DNA of 64,000 bases. It comes from Vitrella brassicaformis CCMP3155 (Eukaryota; Protista; Chromerida). Positions 63,317 to 64,000 of this stretch are shown here, piece after piece. The DNA is taken from NCBI GenBank assembly GCA_001179505.1, contig CDMY01000339.1, forward strand, positions 49,337 through 113,336. Direction: 5' to 3'. Numbering within the stretch: the first letter of the stretch is position 1; the number at the start of each line of letters is the position of its first letter. The notes under the pieces are model-generated. The model was given only the letters and a program-made list of their open reading frames with translations. It was not told the origin of the DNA and ran no database searches. Made by a program: the position numbers and the translations under genes.

Positions 63317-63769
63317 CAGGCCCCACAGGTATGGAGATGAATGACCCAGCACATCTTCACACAGGATGCGACTTCTCCGCCTTCTCTGTCTCTTAGGTCA
63401 TGTGGCCCTAGTATGGACTGCGCGGTGTAGGTGTTATCTTGAGGCATCGGCGGTAGACAGTCTGATTGGAGACATGCAGAGAAAAGTTTGTTGCAAGCCG
63501 TTGATAGCGTGGCAGGACGTCTTATTGTATGTTTGCATAGACATTTTGATCGACTCTGCCAGACTTTGCAGCTGCGCGTGGTGCTGGGCCTTGTCGCTGC
63601 AATGTATGCAGATAAACGAATCAACGACAATCACATATGGATGTCGGCTCGAAGTGATAATGGGACAACGATCACGATTTTTGCATGATTTGGAAGAGAC
63701 ATGTACAGACTTAATATTGTCATTCGTTGTCAACGAAGTCAGAAAACACGTATACGAATTGCTAAACGA

Positions 63770-64000
63770 CTACTCTCATTTATCCTGCCCAGCAGGCAGA
63801 CTAAACACATACTAACGCAGCCAGGCGCACAGACAAACGAGCACGAGGTGCACACAAATGAGACATTCGACAAATGTATGTGAGTGCATTGATCCGCTGC
63901 GGCGATTATCCATATACTCACAGAAGAGAGACACACAAAGTCTCTCTCCCTCTCTATCAGGTAAGGAACAGCTCTCTCAGGTCATCTCTCTCTCTCTCTC
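63770..64000. repeat. Inverted repeat, right arm (runs off the window end)
   Basis: Reverse complement of 59375-59605. Confidence 0.92.

Overview
Intron-rich, GC-rich eukaryotic DNA with microsatellite-filled introns ((CA)n, (GACA)n, (TCCA)n). The style and gene families suggest the chromerid alga Vitrella brassicaformis, which is an inference. All gene models were spliced by eye. Much of the window is tandem duplicates and pseudogenes: several AAA-ATPase remnants, a frameshifted protein kinase, a USP25/28-like deubiquitinase that has lost its catalytic residues, and three decayed PTC7-type PP2C copies. There is also a 5'-truncated CRE-like non-LTR retrotransposon and a 470-bp MITE. Four apparently intact genes have unusual domain architectures. 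(1) A ~25-exon tyrosine recombinase with two SAP-like domains, a double zinc ribbon and a full catalytic set (minus, ~22.1-25.7 kb); this is the best candidate for an undescribed system. (2) An NYN ribonuclease-TLDc fusion. (3) A tandem-CBM48 + PP2C phosphatase. (4) A CBM20 fused to a lineage-specific F-box-like domain. RING-TLDc genes and a predicted plastid-targeted membrane protein are also present. Four 300-N gaps limit interpretation. No rRNA, tRNA or CRISPR array is supported.
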